Translations under genes and position numbers: made by a program
The notes under the pieces: generated by a model
Told to the model about the DNA's origin: nothing
What the model saw: only the letters and a program-made list of their open reading frames with translations
Databases searched by the model: none
NCBI GenBank assembly: GCA_036570185.1
Contig: DATCPH010000232.1
Coordinates: 2,453-66,452, forward strand
Source of the DNA: Candidatus Limnocylindrales bacterium
GTDB lineage: Bacteria > Chloroflexota > Limnocylindria > Limnocylindrales > CSP1-4
Length of the DNA: 64,000 nt
Direction of reading: 5' to 3'
In this document: piece by piece, positions 55,438-64,000 of the stretch
How the letters are laid out: each line of letters starts with the position of its first letter
Position numbering within the stretch: position 1 is the stretch's first letter

Positions 55438-55624
55438 CCCGTCCGCCGCCAATCGAGGAGTGCCTCCGGGCCTCGCTCCGCGAAGCTCGGAGGCTTCCAC
55501 TGTCACCTCGGCGGCGTCCCGGTCGACTAGACTCGCGGTCCCATTCGCCTGGAGGAGCCGTTGCGCGCGTTCGAGATCGGGGTGGTTCGGCGTTTGGTAG
55601 TACCACCAGAAGGAGTACTACCGA

Positions 55625-55867
55625 GTGCCCAAGTTTTCGATTCCCGTTCCGGACGACCTTGGGACGCGGCTCGCCTCCTCGGGGCCGATGGAGAGGGCCG
55701 TCGACATCGCCGTCGCCCGCCGCTTCAAGTCCCGCGGCATGAGCTGGTTCCGGCGCGGCGTGTCGGCCCTCGTCTGCCTCCGGCTGCTCCGGCTCAACGG
55801 CACGTGGACCGGCTACTGGTCCGAGCGCTTCGCCGCCGCGCTCCGCCCCTGGCCGTACCCGGTCTGA
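55625..55867 (+). CDS. Hypothetical small protein (80 aa)
   Basis: GTG start preceded by a strong GAAGGAG SD that is embedded in a GGTAGTAC/GTACTACC stem-loop. High GC3. Confidence 0.4.
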   Translation: MPKFSIPVPDDLGTRLASSGPMERAVDIAVARRFKSRGMSWFRRGVSALVCLRLLRLNGTWTGYWSERFAAALRPWPYPV

Positions 55868-56120
55868 GCCAGGACAGAGAATGGGATGCGTCCTGAACTT
55901 GGACGGCCACGGTCACGGAGCCCGAGTAACAGGACGTAAGTTCAGCCCAGGTCGCGGCTCCGCTGCCGGATCTCGTCGAGCCGGCTCGTGCCCGATCGAT
56001 CCGCTGCGATGACCTCGTCTCGGAAGCGCCGCAGCGTATCGAGGTCCCAGAAGACGCACGTGAGCTCGGCCACGCCGAGCTCCGCGAGGGACTTCCCACG
56101 TAGGGAGCTCTATGACGACG

Positions 56121-58301
56121 CTACGCGTCCTCGACGGCGCGCGCCGGCTGGCGCGGGCCAACGAGGTGGGCCACCTCGAACGGCGCGGTCGCGAGGGCTA
56201 CTAACGGCTCAAGCGCGGACGGGCCGACCTCGCCGGCCGGGATCGGACGGTCACCGGTGAGCGGCGAGCGGCGGGCGCGCGCGACGAGCCGGGCGAGTTC
56301 GGTGAGCGACGTCACCACGGGGACGCCGCTCCCCGCGAACGCATCCGGATGGCCGGGACGATAGAGACCCACGAAGCGGACCCCCGCGGCCCGGGCGATC
56401 GCAGCGTCACGCGCCGCGTCGCCCACGAACAGGACGTCGCTGGGAGCGACGCCGATCGCGGCCGCCCAGGCCCGGAGCTGCACCACCTTGGGATGGTCCG
56501 GCCGCCAGCCGTCGACCGCAGCTGCGAGCTGGGCCAGCCCGAAGCGCCGGCAAAACTCCTGGACGAGCTCAGCCCGCGTGCTGCTGCAGACGAGGGCAGG
56601 GACGTCGGCATGCCCGAGGCGCTCGATGGCCGCTCCCGCGTCCGCGAACGGTCGGACGCCTCCCATGAGGCCTTCCTTGGCGGCTTCGAAACGGATGGCG
56701 ATCTCGTCGAGGTACGGGCAGCCGTCCGCGATGACGTCGAGCTGGGTCCGGAAGTCGTCGCCCGCGGTCGCGAGGTAGCGGCTCGTGGCTTCGTCGCGCG
56801 GCATGCCGAGCTCGCGCGAGAGCAGCCCGGCCGCGAGCTTCGCGAGCGTCCCCATGGAGTCTGCCACCGTGCCGTCGAAGTCGAACGCCACGGCCCGCAC
56901 CCCCATGTAGTGGGCACCCGGTCCGTCAGCCCACCAGGACGCCCGCAGCCGCACGCTCACGATCCCCACGCACAGGACGGCCACGACGGCGAGCGCGGCC
57001 AGCAGCGCGCTGGCATGCACGGCTGCGCCCAAGGCGCCGAGCGTCACGATCAGCAGTCGCACGTCGCGCCCGCGGCCGCCCGCGACGAGAACGCCGTGGT
57101 ACCTGTGGCCGAGGTCGACGGCGGCCTTGGCCGTCGTATAGCTGACGAGCAGGTGCCCGACGAGCGCCAGGCCGGCGACGGCGATCACGACCGGCACCTG
57201 CACCGACCCAAGATGGCCGGCGAGGTCCCCCGAGGTCCCGAGGTAGATGGCCGCGCCGGTGAAGAGCAGGCCGTCCGCCGCCCGGTCGAGGACCGCGTCG
57301 AAGAACGACCCGAAGCGCGACGAGCGGTGCGCCAGGCGGGCGATCTCGCCATCGCTGCCGTCGAGCACGCTTGCCGCCGTGATGAGGACTGCGGCTACCA
57401 CGGGGGCGTGGGCGGCCAGGGCTGCCCCGGCGGCGAGCGCGACAGCGAACGCGGCAATCGTGACCTGGTTCGGGGTGATCGAGGGGAAGACACCGAGCAG
57501 CACCGGGGTCACGAAGCGCTGCGAAACAGCGCGGTTCAGGCGCGTCGCAACGGCGCCGTCGAGTGCCTTACCGGTGCTTCGGAACAGGTACCGGCTGCCG
57601 CGGCGGTAGTCGGTAGGGGTGTCGATGTCAAACCACCATTCGTCGGCGTTGAGAGGCAGCGCGCGTGCCTTGCCGCGGCCGGCGAGCAGTTGCACGGCAC
57701 CCGCCAACGCGGTGTCGCCGGATGCAGCAACCGCCTCGACCGCGTCGAGCACCGCGGCGCTGCAGACGAAGGCGCCCACGTCGAACGCGTCGTAAGCGGG
57801 CAGCATCTTCCTGATGGCCTCGACCTGGTCGCCGGTGAGTCGAACCTTCATAGCGTCGGCGGGGTCGACACCGGCGGCCCGTCCGAGCGAGCGGTCGACG
57901 GCGACGACGACCTCGCCCGGTAGTACCGACGTCGCCCGGAGCCGGCGCAGCAGTGCCGGCGCGAAGACGTGATCGGCCATCACGAGCGCGAACGGTGCGT
58001 CGCCGACGATGTCCTTCGCGGCGAGGACGGAGAGTCCGTTGCCCTCTCGATAGCGCGCGTTGTGGACCACGGCAACGCGCTGCCCTCGGCGACGGCTCAC
58101 GTCGAGGGCCTCTCGGGCGACACGTTCCGGTTCGTGGCCAGTGACGACGACGATGTCGTCGAAGCCCGCCTCGTGCGCCGCGACGATTGACCGTTCCAGA
58201 AGTGTCATACCCCCGACCGGCACCAGAGGTTTCGCACTCACCTTGGGCTGGAGGCGCGACCCAACTCCGGCGGCAAGCACCACAAGCCGGGAGGTTTGCA
58301 T
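56121..58301 (-). CDS. Tri-domain fusion: sugar/inositol-phosphate cytidylyltransferase (MobA-like NTP transferase) + CDP-alcohol phosphatidyltransferase (DIPPS-like, membrane) + HAD-superfamily phosphatase
   Basis: Single 726-aa ORF. Residues 1-235 form an NTP_transferase domain (VVLAAGVGSRLQP...KPLVPVGG; WFDIDTPTD). Residues ~240-470 are a multi-TM domain with the CDP-OH phosphotransferase signature D-G-x2-A-R-x8-G-x3-D-x3-D (LDGSDGEIARLAHRSSRFGSFFDAVLDRAAD). Residues ~480-690 carry HAD motifs I FDFDGTV, II CSST, III HPK and IV FVGDAARD. Confidence 0.85.
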   Translation of the reverse strand: MQTSRLVVLAAGVGSRLQPKVSAKPLVPVGGMTLLERSIVAAHEAGFDDIVVVTGHEPERVAREALDVSRRRGQRVAVVHNARYREGNGLSVLAAKDIVGDAPFALVMADHVFAPALLRRLRATSVLPGEVVVAVDRSLGRAAGVDPADAMKVRLTGDQVEAIRKMLPAYDAFDVGAFVCSAAVLDAVEAVAASGDTALAGAVQLLAGRGKARALPLNADEWWFDIDTPTDYRRGSRYLFRSTGKALDGAVATRLNRAVSQRFVTPVLLGVFPSITPNQVTIAAFAVALAAGAALAAHAPVVAAVLITAASVLDGSDGEIARLAHRSSRFGSFFDAVLDRAADGLLFTGAAIYLGTSGDLAGHLGSVQVPVVIAVAGLALVGHLLVSYTTAKAAVDLGHRYHGVLVAGGRGRDVRLLIVTLGALGAAVHASALLAALAVVAVLCVGIVSVRLRASWWADGPGAHYMGVRAVAFDFDGTVADSMGTLAKLAAGLLSRELGMPRDEATSRYLATAGDDFRTQLDVIADGCPYLDEIAIRFEAAKEGLMGGVRPFADAGAAIERLGHADVPALVCSSTRAELVQEFCRRFGLAQLAAAVDGWRPDHPKVVQLRAWAAAIGVAPSDVLFVGDAARDAAIARAAGVRFVGLYRPGHPDAFAGSGVPVVTSLTELARLVARARRSPLTGDRPIPAGEVGPSALEPLVALATAPFEVAHLVGPRQPARAVEDA

Positions 58302-58505
58302 TTTTTCTCGATCTCCATCTTGCTGTAGCCCGAGTGAGCCGCCCCTGGGTTGCTGCGGCCGACGCTGATCCAGTAGTCGCGGCCGACCTGCTGCACGCGA
58401 TCTACGACCGCATCGTTGTCGCGGGTCGGTCGACCGTCGCGGCTCGCCTGACGCCGGCGGCCTATTCGAACGGCCTGGCTCTCGCTTTGCCGCAGGTTGT
58501 TAAAG

Positions 58506-58578
58506 CGCGCCCGGAGGGACTCGAACCCCCGACCCTCTGGTCCGAAGCCAGATGCTCTATCCGCTGAGCTACGGGCGC
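58506..58578 (-). tRNA. tRNA-Arg (anticodon UCG), CCA not encoded
   Basis: Minus-strand cloverleaf: GCGCCCG-TA-GCTC-AGCGGATA-GAGC-A-TCTGG-CTTCGGA-CCAGA-GGGTC-GGGGG-TTCGAGT-CCCTC-CGGGCGC-G. Anticodon TCG and A20 fit Arg identity. Ends are accurate to about +/-2 nt. Confidence 0.8.
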
Positions 58579-58680
58579 GGAGCGCTAGGGTACCGCAGAG
58601 AAAGGCGTGACTCAGCCAACCGTGGGCCGTACGCTTCGCGTGAACTTCGGTAGGCGCGGAAGGGCACAGGAGGGCGTCGA

Positions 58681-59091
58681 ATGGCGAGCGGCACTGGCAC
58701 GAAAGAGGATCCCTGGGTCTTGAAAACGCCGCCCGGGACATCCGAGTACACGATGTACCGCGACGAGACGGCCGAGCCGCCGACACTGGTCTGCCAGGTG
58801 GGATCGACGCAGCTCAAGTACAACCTTCGGGCGATCGACGATCTCCACGCGATGCTCGTCGCGCACGGGGACTGGATGCCGCTCGGCGCCGCCGACGAGC
58901 AGAAGCCCGTGGCGGACGGAACGGTCGAGGCGTGGGGGCGAAGCGAATCGAACCCGGTCGGCGGCTGGTACGGCCTGCGGAAGGGCTATCGCGGCAGGTT
59001 CGGGATGTATCTGCCCCCGCTGCTGGAAGCCCTCGGGATGGCCGAGCTGACCCACGACCCCAAGGGCAACCGGATGCGCGCCATCGGATGA
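58681..59091 (+). CDS. Hypothetical conserved protein (136 aa)
   Basis: High GC3, ATG start. Globular-looking sequence (KEDPWVLKTPPGTSEYTMYRDE...GWYGLRKGYRGRFGMYLPPLLEALG). No domain recognized. Confidence 0.6.
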   Translation: MASGTGTKEDPWVLKTPPGTSEYTMYRDETAEPPTLVCQVGSTQLKYNLRAIDDLHAMLVAHGDWMPLGAADEQKPVADGTVEAWGRSESNPVGGWYGLRKGYRGRFGMYLPPLLEALGMAELTHDPKGNRMRAIG

Positions 59092-59134
59092 GGCGCGCCG
59101 TCGGCCGAGTGCCCGGCACGGGCTGACTGGCCGG

Positions 59135-60577
59135 CTACGTGCCTTCGACCCGGCGATATCGGCGCCCGATCAGCGAGTAGGCAGGCAGCCGACCGAGCTT
59201 TGCGCTGAGGCGCAGCTCCGTCGAGCCGTCGCGAGCCTCGATCGCCAGGAGGGAGTCGGTCGCGGTCGCGTCGGCCGGCCTGGCATCGACCACCGCCAGG
59301 TCGATGGCGACCTGACCTGGCACGGCTTCGCCCAGCAGCGCGACTTCGGCCGTGGGGAAGGCACCCTCCTCGTACTCGGCGCGGATCTCGGCATCGCTGC
59401 GCCAACGCGGGCGGCGCAGAAGGATCGCCCGCCAGCCGGCGGCGATCGACGGCTCGACCCTGCCGTCGCCAGGCTCCGGGGGCGGAGCGTCCGGACCGAG
59501 CACCGATTCGCCGCGAGCCCAGCGGGCGGCCTGGTGGAGAAGGGCGTATTCGTCGAGATCGGCGTAGGCACCAAGTCGGTCGGCCGGTGACGTTTCTCCG
59601 AAGATCGCCCGGATCGAGGGCGCGAACACCTCGGCCAGGTCGAGGTCGATCGCCCGGACCGTCCGATGGAAGTAGACCTGCTGGTACATGAACAGTCGCG
59701 CGGTTAGGAACATTTCGAGCGCGCCGAGGGCCGCCTCGTACAGCGTAAGCCCGCGGTCCGAGATGAACGTGTATCGACGCAGCCGCTCGACATCGACCGG
59801 CCCGACAGCGACCCCGATCAGGTAGGCGTCGCGCCGGACGTAATCGAGGTTGTCCACGGTGAAGACGCCCGAGAGCAGCGGTTGCAGCCACCTCACCCAT
59901 TGCGGCATCGATTCGTCGGCGAGGGCTGGCTTCGAAACGAGGAACGAGACCCAGCGCGGGTCGATCGTTTCGCCGCTGGCAAATGCATCCCGCTCGACGA
60001 CCGACCCCGGCGCCCGACGGAGACCCCGGATCATGTCGGCGAGCTCCTGCTCGATGATCAGCTGGCTCAGGTCCTCGTGGGTGAGCCGCTTCCCGCCGTC
60101 GCGGCGCGGATCGTCCGGAGCCGAGAAGGCCGACAGGACATGGTCGTCGAAGAAATGGGCGAAGGGCCCATGCCCCACATCGTGGAGCAGGCCGGCGATC
60201 CGGAGGGTTTCCACGACCAAGCCCTCGGAGGGCGTCACCATCGGCTCGCCGCCCCTGCCAGCCTCCGCCTCGACGAGCGCTCGTCGCAGGCTCGGATAGA
60301 GCGACCGCGCCCACAGTCCGGCCTCGTGCATGACCCCGAGGCCGTGGGTGAACCGCGAGTGCTCGGCGGTCGGGAAGACCCAGCGTGCGCTCTGGAGCTG
60401 GCTGACGCGCCGGAGACGCTGGAGCCAGGCGGTGTCGAGCAGATCCTCCTCGGCGGCGCTTTCTTCGGGGAGGTCGAGCGCGGCCGCCTCGTTGGGCGTC
60501 AGGCGTTTGGTCAACTCAACGTAGCCGTGGATCGGGTCGGCGATCAGGTTGACCGCAGTGAACGGATGACGCGCCAC
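59135..60577 (-). CDS. HD-domain deoxynucleoside triphosphate triphosphohydrolase-like protein (dGTPase/SAMHD1 family)
   Basis: HD motif region FTHGLGVMHEAG...LLHDVGHGPFAHFFDDHVL with the family-typical N-terminal DPIHGYVELT. Start is GTG 60577 or TTG 60604 overlapping the upstream stop. The track start 60706 adds an Arg/Gly-rich shadow. Confidence 0.8.
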   Translation of the reverse strand: MARHPFTAVNLIADPIHGYVELTKRLTPNEAAALDLPEESAAEEDLLDTAWLQRLRRVSQLQSARWVFPTAEHSRFTHGLGVMHEAGLWARSLYPSLRRALVEAEAGRGGEPMVTPSEGLVVETLRIAGLLHDVGHGPFAHFFDDHVLSAFSAPDDPRRDGGKRLTHEDLSQLIIEQELADMIRGLRRAPGSVVERDAFASGETIDPRWVSFLVSKPALADESMPQWVRWLQPLLSGVFTVDNLDYVRRDAYLIGVAVGPVDVERLRRYTFISDRGLTLYEAALGALEMFLTARLFMYQQVYFHRTVRAIDLDLAEVFAPSIRAIFGETSPADRLGAYADLDEYALLHQAARWARGESVLGPDAPPPEPGDGRVEPSIAAGWRAILLRRPRWRSDAEIRAEYEEGAFPTAEVALLGEAVPGQVAIDLAVVDARPADATATDSLLAIEARDGSTELRLSAKLGRLPAYSLIGRRYRRVEGT

Positions 60578-60600
60578 AGCCCCGGTCCGCGGGTCCGTCG

Positions 60601-61617
60601 TCAACCGCCGAGCGCCGCGAGCGCCCGTCGATGCGTTTCGCGGACATCCTCGCGCAGCGCGGCCGGCTCGAGCACCTCGACCTCGTCGCCCCATGACAGG
60701 ATCCACAGCCGGATCTCGATCGTCCCCGCGACCGTGGCGCGCCAGACCAGCGACCCGTCAGACGGAAGCTCGATTTGCTGGCTCGGGTGCCAGACGGTCT
60801 CACGGACGCGGGCAGCGACGGAGGGAGCGAAGCGAAGGACGACGTCGACTGCGGGCTGGTCGGCGATGATGTCCCACGCCCGCCTAAGAGACGACTCGAG
60901 GGCCTCGGCCTCCGGCGCCGCGAACGCGTGAGGGGTCAGGGCGACGTCTCGGATGCGCTCGATCTTGAAGGTCCGCAGCGCCCCCTTGGTCTCGTCGAAG
61001 CCGATCAGGTACAGCGCGTGCGTTTGCAGCGAAGGCTCGATCAGGTACGGCCGAACGGTTGCCCGGCGTGGCCCGGCCGAGCCCCCGTCGTAGCGCGCCG
61101 GCTCGTACTCGATCACCACCGTCCGCCGTTCCGCCCATGCTTTCGTGAGGAGGTGGACGTGATGGCTGAAGCTCTCATCTCGCGGCGCCTTCGAAAGGAC
61201 GTCGAGGGTCTGTTCGACGTGCTCGGCGAGGGCGGGGGGCAGGCCCTGCTCGAGCTTCTCGAACGCGGCCGCGAGATCCGGGTCGTATTTGTCGGCGTAG
61301 CGGACCATCAGCCGCGCCGAGAGGACGACGGCCATGGCCTCGGACAGGGTCAGCTTCAATGGCGGGAGGAAGGCGCGCTCCTGGTCGACGCCCCATTTGC
61401 CCTCGTCCGCCCAGAGCGGCACGCCGAGCTCGTCGTCGATGGCCTTCAGGTCGCGGTAGACGTTGCGCACGGACATCCCGACCCGCTCTGCGAGCTCGGG
61501 CACGCGGAGGCCGGCCGGATGGCCCTGCAGGACCGACACGAGCCGGGCCAAACGAGCGACCCGGTCTCGCTTACCCCGCGAGCGGCTCCCCTCGAGGTCG
61601 TCGGTGAGTTCGGTCAT
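60601..61617 (-). CDS. HTH + WYL-domain transcriptional regulator (PafBC/BrxR/CapW-like)
   Basis: N-terminal HTH (RVARLARLVSVLQGHPAGLRVPELAERVGMSVRNVYRDLKAI). Central WYL-type beta-barrel (RRTVVIEYEPARYDGG...ALYLIGFDETKGALRTFKIERI). C-terminal WCX-like region. Start at ATG 61617 (MTELTDD). Confidence 0.8.
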   Translation of the reverse strand: MTELTDDLEGSRSRGKRDRVARLARLVSVLQGHPAGLRVPELAERVGMSVRNVYRDLKAIDDELGVPLWADEGKWGVDQERAFLPPLKLTLSEAMAVVLSARLMVRYADKYDPDLAAAFEKLEQGLPPALAEHVEQTLDVLSKAPRDESFSHHVHLLTKAWAERRTVVIEYEPARYDGGSAGPRRATVRPYLIEPSLQTHALYLIGFDETKGALRTFKIERIRDVALTPHAFAAPEAEALESSLRRAWDIIADQPAVDVVLRFAPSVAARVRETVWHPSQQIELPSDGSLVWRATVAGTIEIRLWILSWGDEVEVLEPAALREDVRETHRRALAALGG

Positions 61618-61712
61618 CGTCGCTCCGGAGCATAGCCGCCGCGGTCGGGAGGACGGCGCTCCGCGCTCGTCCGCGCCTCGGGTCCGGGTGCTCGCCATGT
61701 ACCATCGAGTCG

Positions 61713-62543
61713 ATGGAGCGACCTTTGATCAGCTTCCTGACCGACTTCGGGCCGGACGCCGCCGCCGCCATCTGCCGGGGCGTCATGCTCGGCATCGCCC
61801 GGGACGCCGTGATCCTGGATATCAGCCATTCCGTTCGCAAGTACGCCATCCGCGATGGAGCGTTTCTCCTGTGGGCGACCCTGCCCTCGATCCCGGTGGC
61901 AATCCACGTTGCGGTGGTCGACCCGGGCGTCGGGACCGCGAGGCTCCCGATCGGCGTTCGAACGGGTCGGGGCGACGTCCTGATCGGCCCGAACAACGGC
62001 CTGCTCATGCCGGCGGCTGAGCGACTCGGCGGAATCGAGGAGGTTCGGTCGCTGGAGAACCGCGATCTGATGCTGCCCTCGACGTCGTCGACATTCCATG
62101 GGCGGGACATCTTCTCGCCGGTCGCGGCCCATCTCGCGGCCGGTCGCCAGTTCTCGGAGGTCGGGCCGCCGATCTCCGTCCAGGACCTCGTCGAGCTCCG
62201 GTTTCCGTCGGCGGTCGTCCGCGACGGCGGCCTCGACACCTCCGTCCTGTACGTGGACAGCTTCGGCAACCTGCGGTTCGCTGGCTTTCCCGACGATCTG
62301 GCGGCGGCCATCGGACCCCTCGAGCCGGGCAGGCCGATCGCACTGGAATTCGCTGCGCCCGACGGCCGGGCGGCGCGTCGCGACGAGGCGACGTGGGAGC
62401 GAACCTTCGGGGAGACGCCTCTCGGGGCGCCCCTCATCTACGAGGATTCCTTCGGGCAGATTGCCTACGCCGACAACCAGGGGAACGTCGCCGCGCGCCT
62501 GGGGGTCGGCGAGGATCGGCCGGTCCGCATCCAGCCTGCCTGA
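61713..62543 (+). CDS. SAM hydroxide adenosyltransferase (DUF62; SAM hydrolase, chlorinase/fluorinase-like fold)
   Basis: Family-typical blocks VDPGVGT, FHGRDIFSPVAAHLAAG and YVDSFGNL. Confidence 0.85.
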   Translation: MERPLISFLTDFGPDAAAAICRGVMLGIARDAVILDISHSVRKYAIRDGAFLLWATLPSIPVAIHVAVVDPGVGTARLPIGVRTGRGDVLIGPNNGLLMPAAERLGGIEEVRSLENRDLMLPSTSSTFHGRDIFSPVAAHLAAGRQFSEVGPPISVQDLVELRFPSAVVRDGGLDTSVLYVDSFGNLRFAGFPDDLAAAIGPLEPGRPIALEFAAPDGRAARRDEATWERTFGETPLGAPLIYEDSFGQIAYADNQGNVAARLGVGEDRPVRIQPA

Positions 62544-62555
62544 CCCTCGCGCCTG

Positions 62556-64000
62556 ATGGCCGTTGCGGCGCCCCTCCTCGAGATCGAGGGCCTCACGTTC
62601 CGGTATCGCCGGGCAAGCGAGCCGGCCATCCGGGACATCTCCCTGACGGTCGGCCGCGGCGAAGTCCTGCTCGTGGCAGGGCCATCGGGCTGCGGCAAGA
62701 CGACGTTGATTCGAGCCATCAACGGCCTGATCCCGCACGCGTACCCCGGCGAACTGGGCGGGACGGTGAAGATCGACGGCCGGCCCACCACCGAGATGAA
62801 GCTGCGCGACATCGCGCTCACGGTCGGGACGGTCCTTCAGGATCCGGCTAAGCAGATCGTCGGAGCGTCGGTCACGGCCGAGCTCGCCTTCGGACCCGAG
62901 AACCTCGGCGTCGAGCGGGCAGAGATCCGCCGTCGGGTCCACGAGGTCTCCGAGCGCACGGGAATCGCCCATCTCCTGGAACGCGAGACGTCGGCCCTCT
63001 CAGGCGGGGAGAAGCAACTCCTGGCCGTCGGCGGGATCCTCATGATGCGTCCGACCCTGTTCGTCGTCGACGAGCCCCTCGCAAACCTCGATCCGGCCAG
63101 CGCGGCGCACCTCCTGGCCATCCTCCGGGAGCTCGCCGACGAGGGCCACTCCGTCGTGATCGTCGAGCACCGCGTCGAGGAGGCGCTGGAGCTCCGCCCA
63201 GACCGCGTCCTCGAGCTGAGCGAGGGCCGCGCAACCTATCTCGGTCCCGTCGCGGGCTACCTCGAGGTCGCCGATCCGGGGGCCGTCAAGCTGCCGTTTG
63301 CTGTGATCCTCGAGCGGACCCGAGCGCTGGCGAAGCGCGGCAAGCTGTCCGACGCCTTGGCGGCGCCCGGTGCGGCAGCGGTCGAGCCGAAGGTGCCGGA
63401 CGCCGAGCCGGACAACGGGTCGGAGACTCCCCCGGAGGAGCCGCGCCTCGAATTTCGCGGGCTGTGGGCAGGGTACAAGAAGGACGAGGAGGTCCTCGCC
63501 GGTGTCGATGCCCGGCTCGGTGCTCACGAGATCGTGGCCGTCCTCGGACCCAACGGTTCGGGCAAGACGACCCTGTTCAAGACCGCCATGCGGCTTCTCG
63601 AGCCCACCCTGGGGAGCATCCTGGTCGACGGCGCGTCGGTGCGGACCTTCACCGTCGCCCAGCTCGCCACGATCTTCGGATATGTCTTCCAGAGCCCCAG
63701 CCAGATGCTCTTCGCGAGGACGGTCCGCGAGGAGATCACGTTCGGGCCGCGAAACCTCGGCCGCGACCCCGCGACCTTCGATCGCCTGATCGCGGATTCG
63801 TTGCGGCGCGTTTCACTCGACACCCTCGAGGCGATCGAGGAGCGGCCGCCCCTCGCGCTTTCGTTCGGCCAGCAGAAACGGCTCGCGCTGGCGATCGCGC
63901 TGGCCCTGGAGCCGCGGACCTTGATCCTCGATGAGCCCTCGGCCGGGCAGGATCACCGAACGGCGGAGCGGTTCATGTCGGAGGTCACCGCGCTGCCCGG
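62556..64000 (+). CDS. ECF/cobalt-type ABC transporter ATP-binding protein with duplicated NBD (EcfA1-EcfA2 fusion-like); C-terminus beyond window end
   Basis: ATG at 62556. Open frame to the window end, not listed in the ORF track. First NBD: GPSGCGKTT, LSGGEKQLLAVGG, LFVVDEPLANLD. Second NBD: GPNGSGKTT, LSFGQQKRLALAIA, LILDEPSAGQD. Confidence 0.85.
   Translation, partial: MAVAAPLLEIEGLTFRYRRASEPAIRDISLTVGRGEVLLVAGPSGCGKTTLIRAINGLIPHAYPGELGGTVKIDGRPTTEMKLRDIALTVGTVLQDPAKQIVGASVTAELAFGPENLGVERAEIRRRVHEVSERTGIAHLLERETSALSGGEKQLLAVGGILMMRPTLFVVDEPLANLDPASAAHLLAILRELADEGHSVVIVEHRVEEALELRPDRVLELSEGRATYLGPVAGYLEVADPGAVKLPFAVILERTRALAKRGKLSDALAAPGAAAVEPKVPDAEPDNGSETPPEEPRLEFRGLWAGYKKDEEVLAGVDARLGAHEIVAVLGPNGSGKTTLFKTAMRLLEPTLGSILVDGASVRTFTVAQLATIFGYVFQSPSQMLFARTVREEITFGPRNLGRDPATFDRLIADSLRRVSLDTLEAIEERPPLALSFGQQKRLALAIALALEPRTLILDEPSAGQDHRTAERFMSEVTALP

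Noticed and set aside
55946-56100. Minus-strand reading frame resembling a protein C-terminus (KSLAELGVAELTCVFWDLDTLRRFRDEVIAADRSGTSRLDEIRQRSRDLG) just downstream of the tri-domain gene
   Set aside because: It has no ATG/GTG/TTG start other than an internal GTG, which would give only 43 aa. It is probably a remnant or chance frame, and is not called as a gene.
58238-58786. 182-aa minus-strand ORF
   Set aside because: It covers the tRNA-Arg gene and its flanks, and its composition is shadow-like.

Overview
This 64 kb window is an ordinary chromosomal segment of a high-GC (about 68-70 %) genome. It is densely packed with about 60 protein-coding genes and 2 tRNAs.

The gene content points to an actinobacterium-like organism, possibly one that accumulates compatible solutes:
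- an F420-dependent LLM oxidoreductase
- a large AAA + LuxR (LAL-type) regulator
- an ECF sigma/anti-sigma pair
- a bifunctional rhamnulose-1-P aldolase/short-chain dehydrogenase (RhaEW-type)
- a MprAB/CseBC-like envelope-stress module

No transposase, integrase, phage gene or CRISPR array was found.

Main blocks, in order:
- an OpuB/OpuC-type osmoprotectant ABC importer (ATPase with CBS domains plus two permeases)
- ATP-dependent DNA ligase
- a divergent rhodanese / cysteine-desulfurase-like pair
- tRNA-Ile with the rare UAU anticodon
- a secreted GH3 hydrolase
- an orphan DNA methyltransferase divergent from the LAL regulator
- PntAA/AB/B transhydrogenase
- a 2x[4Fe-4S] + GltD-like flavoprotein with two paralogous membrane proteins
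- a MarR regulator with a heterodimeric ABC exporter
- a NOX-like ferric-reductase flavoprotein + FMN-binding protein + ApbE flavin-transferase operon
- a two-component system with an HtrA-like protease
- a complete L-rhamnose catabolic and transport locus (rhaB, rhaEW, rhaI, deoR, rhaTPQS, rhaM)
- a degenerate AAA protein followed by an ECF sigma/anti-sigma pair
- a single 726-aa tri-domain fusion of a cytidylyltransferase, a CDP-alcohol phosphotransferase and a HAD phosphatase
- tRNA-Arg(UCG)
- a WYL regulator followed by an HD/dGTPase-like gene
- a DUF62 SAM hydrolase followed by an ECF-type ABC ATPase that runs off the window end

Best candidates for something new:
- the tri-domain fusion, which would be a one-polypeptide synthase for a di-inositol-phosphate-like polyol-phosphodiester solute
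- the Fe-S flavoprotein with its duplicated membrane partners
- the extracytoplasmic flavinylation electron-transfer operon
- an 18-bp tandem-repeat array next to an AT-rich palindromic island between convergent genes
- tRNA-Ile(UAU)

All calls come from reading the sequence by eye; no database search was run.
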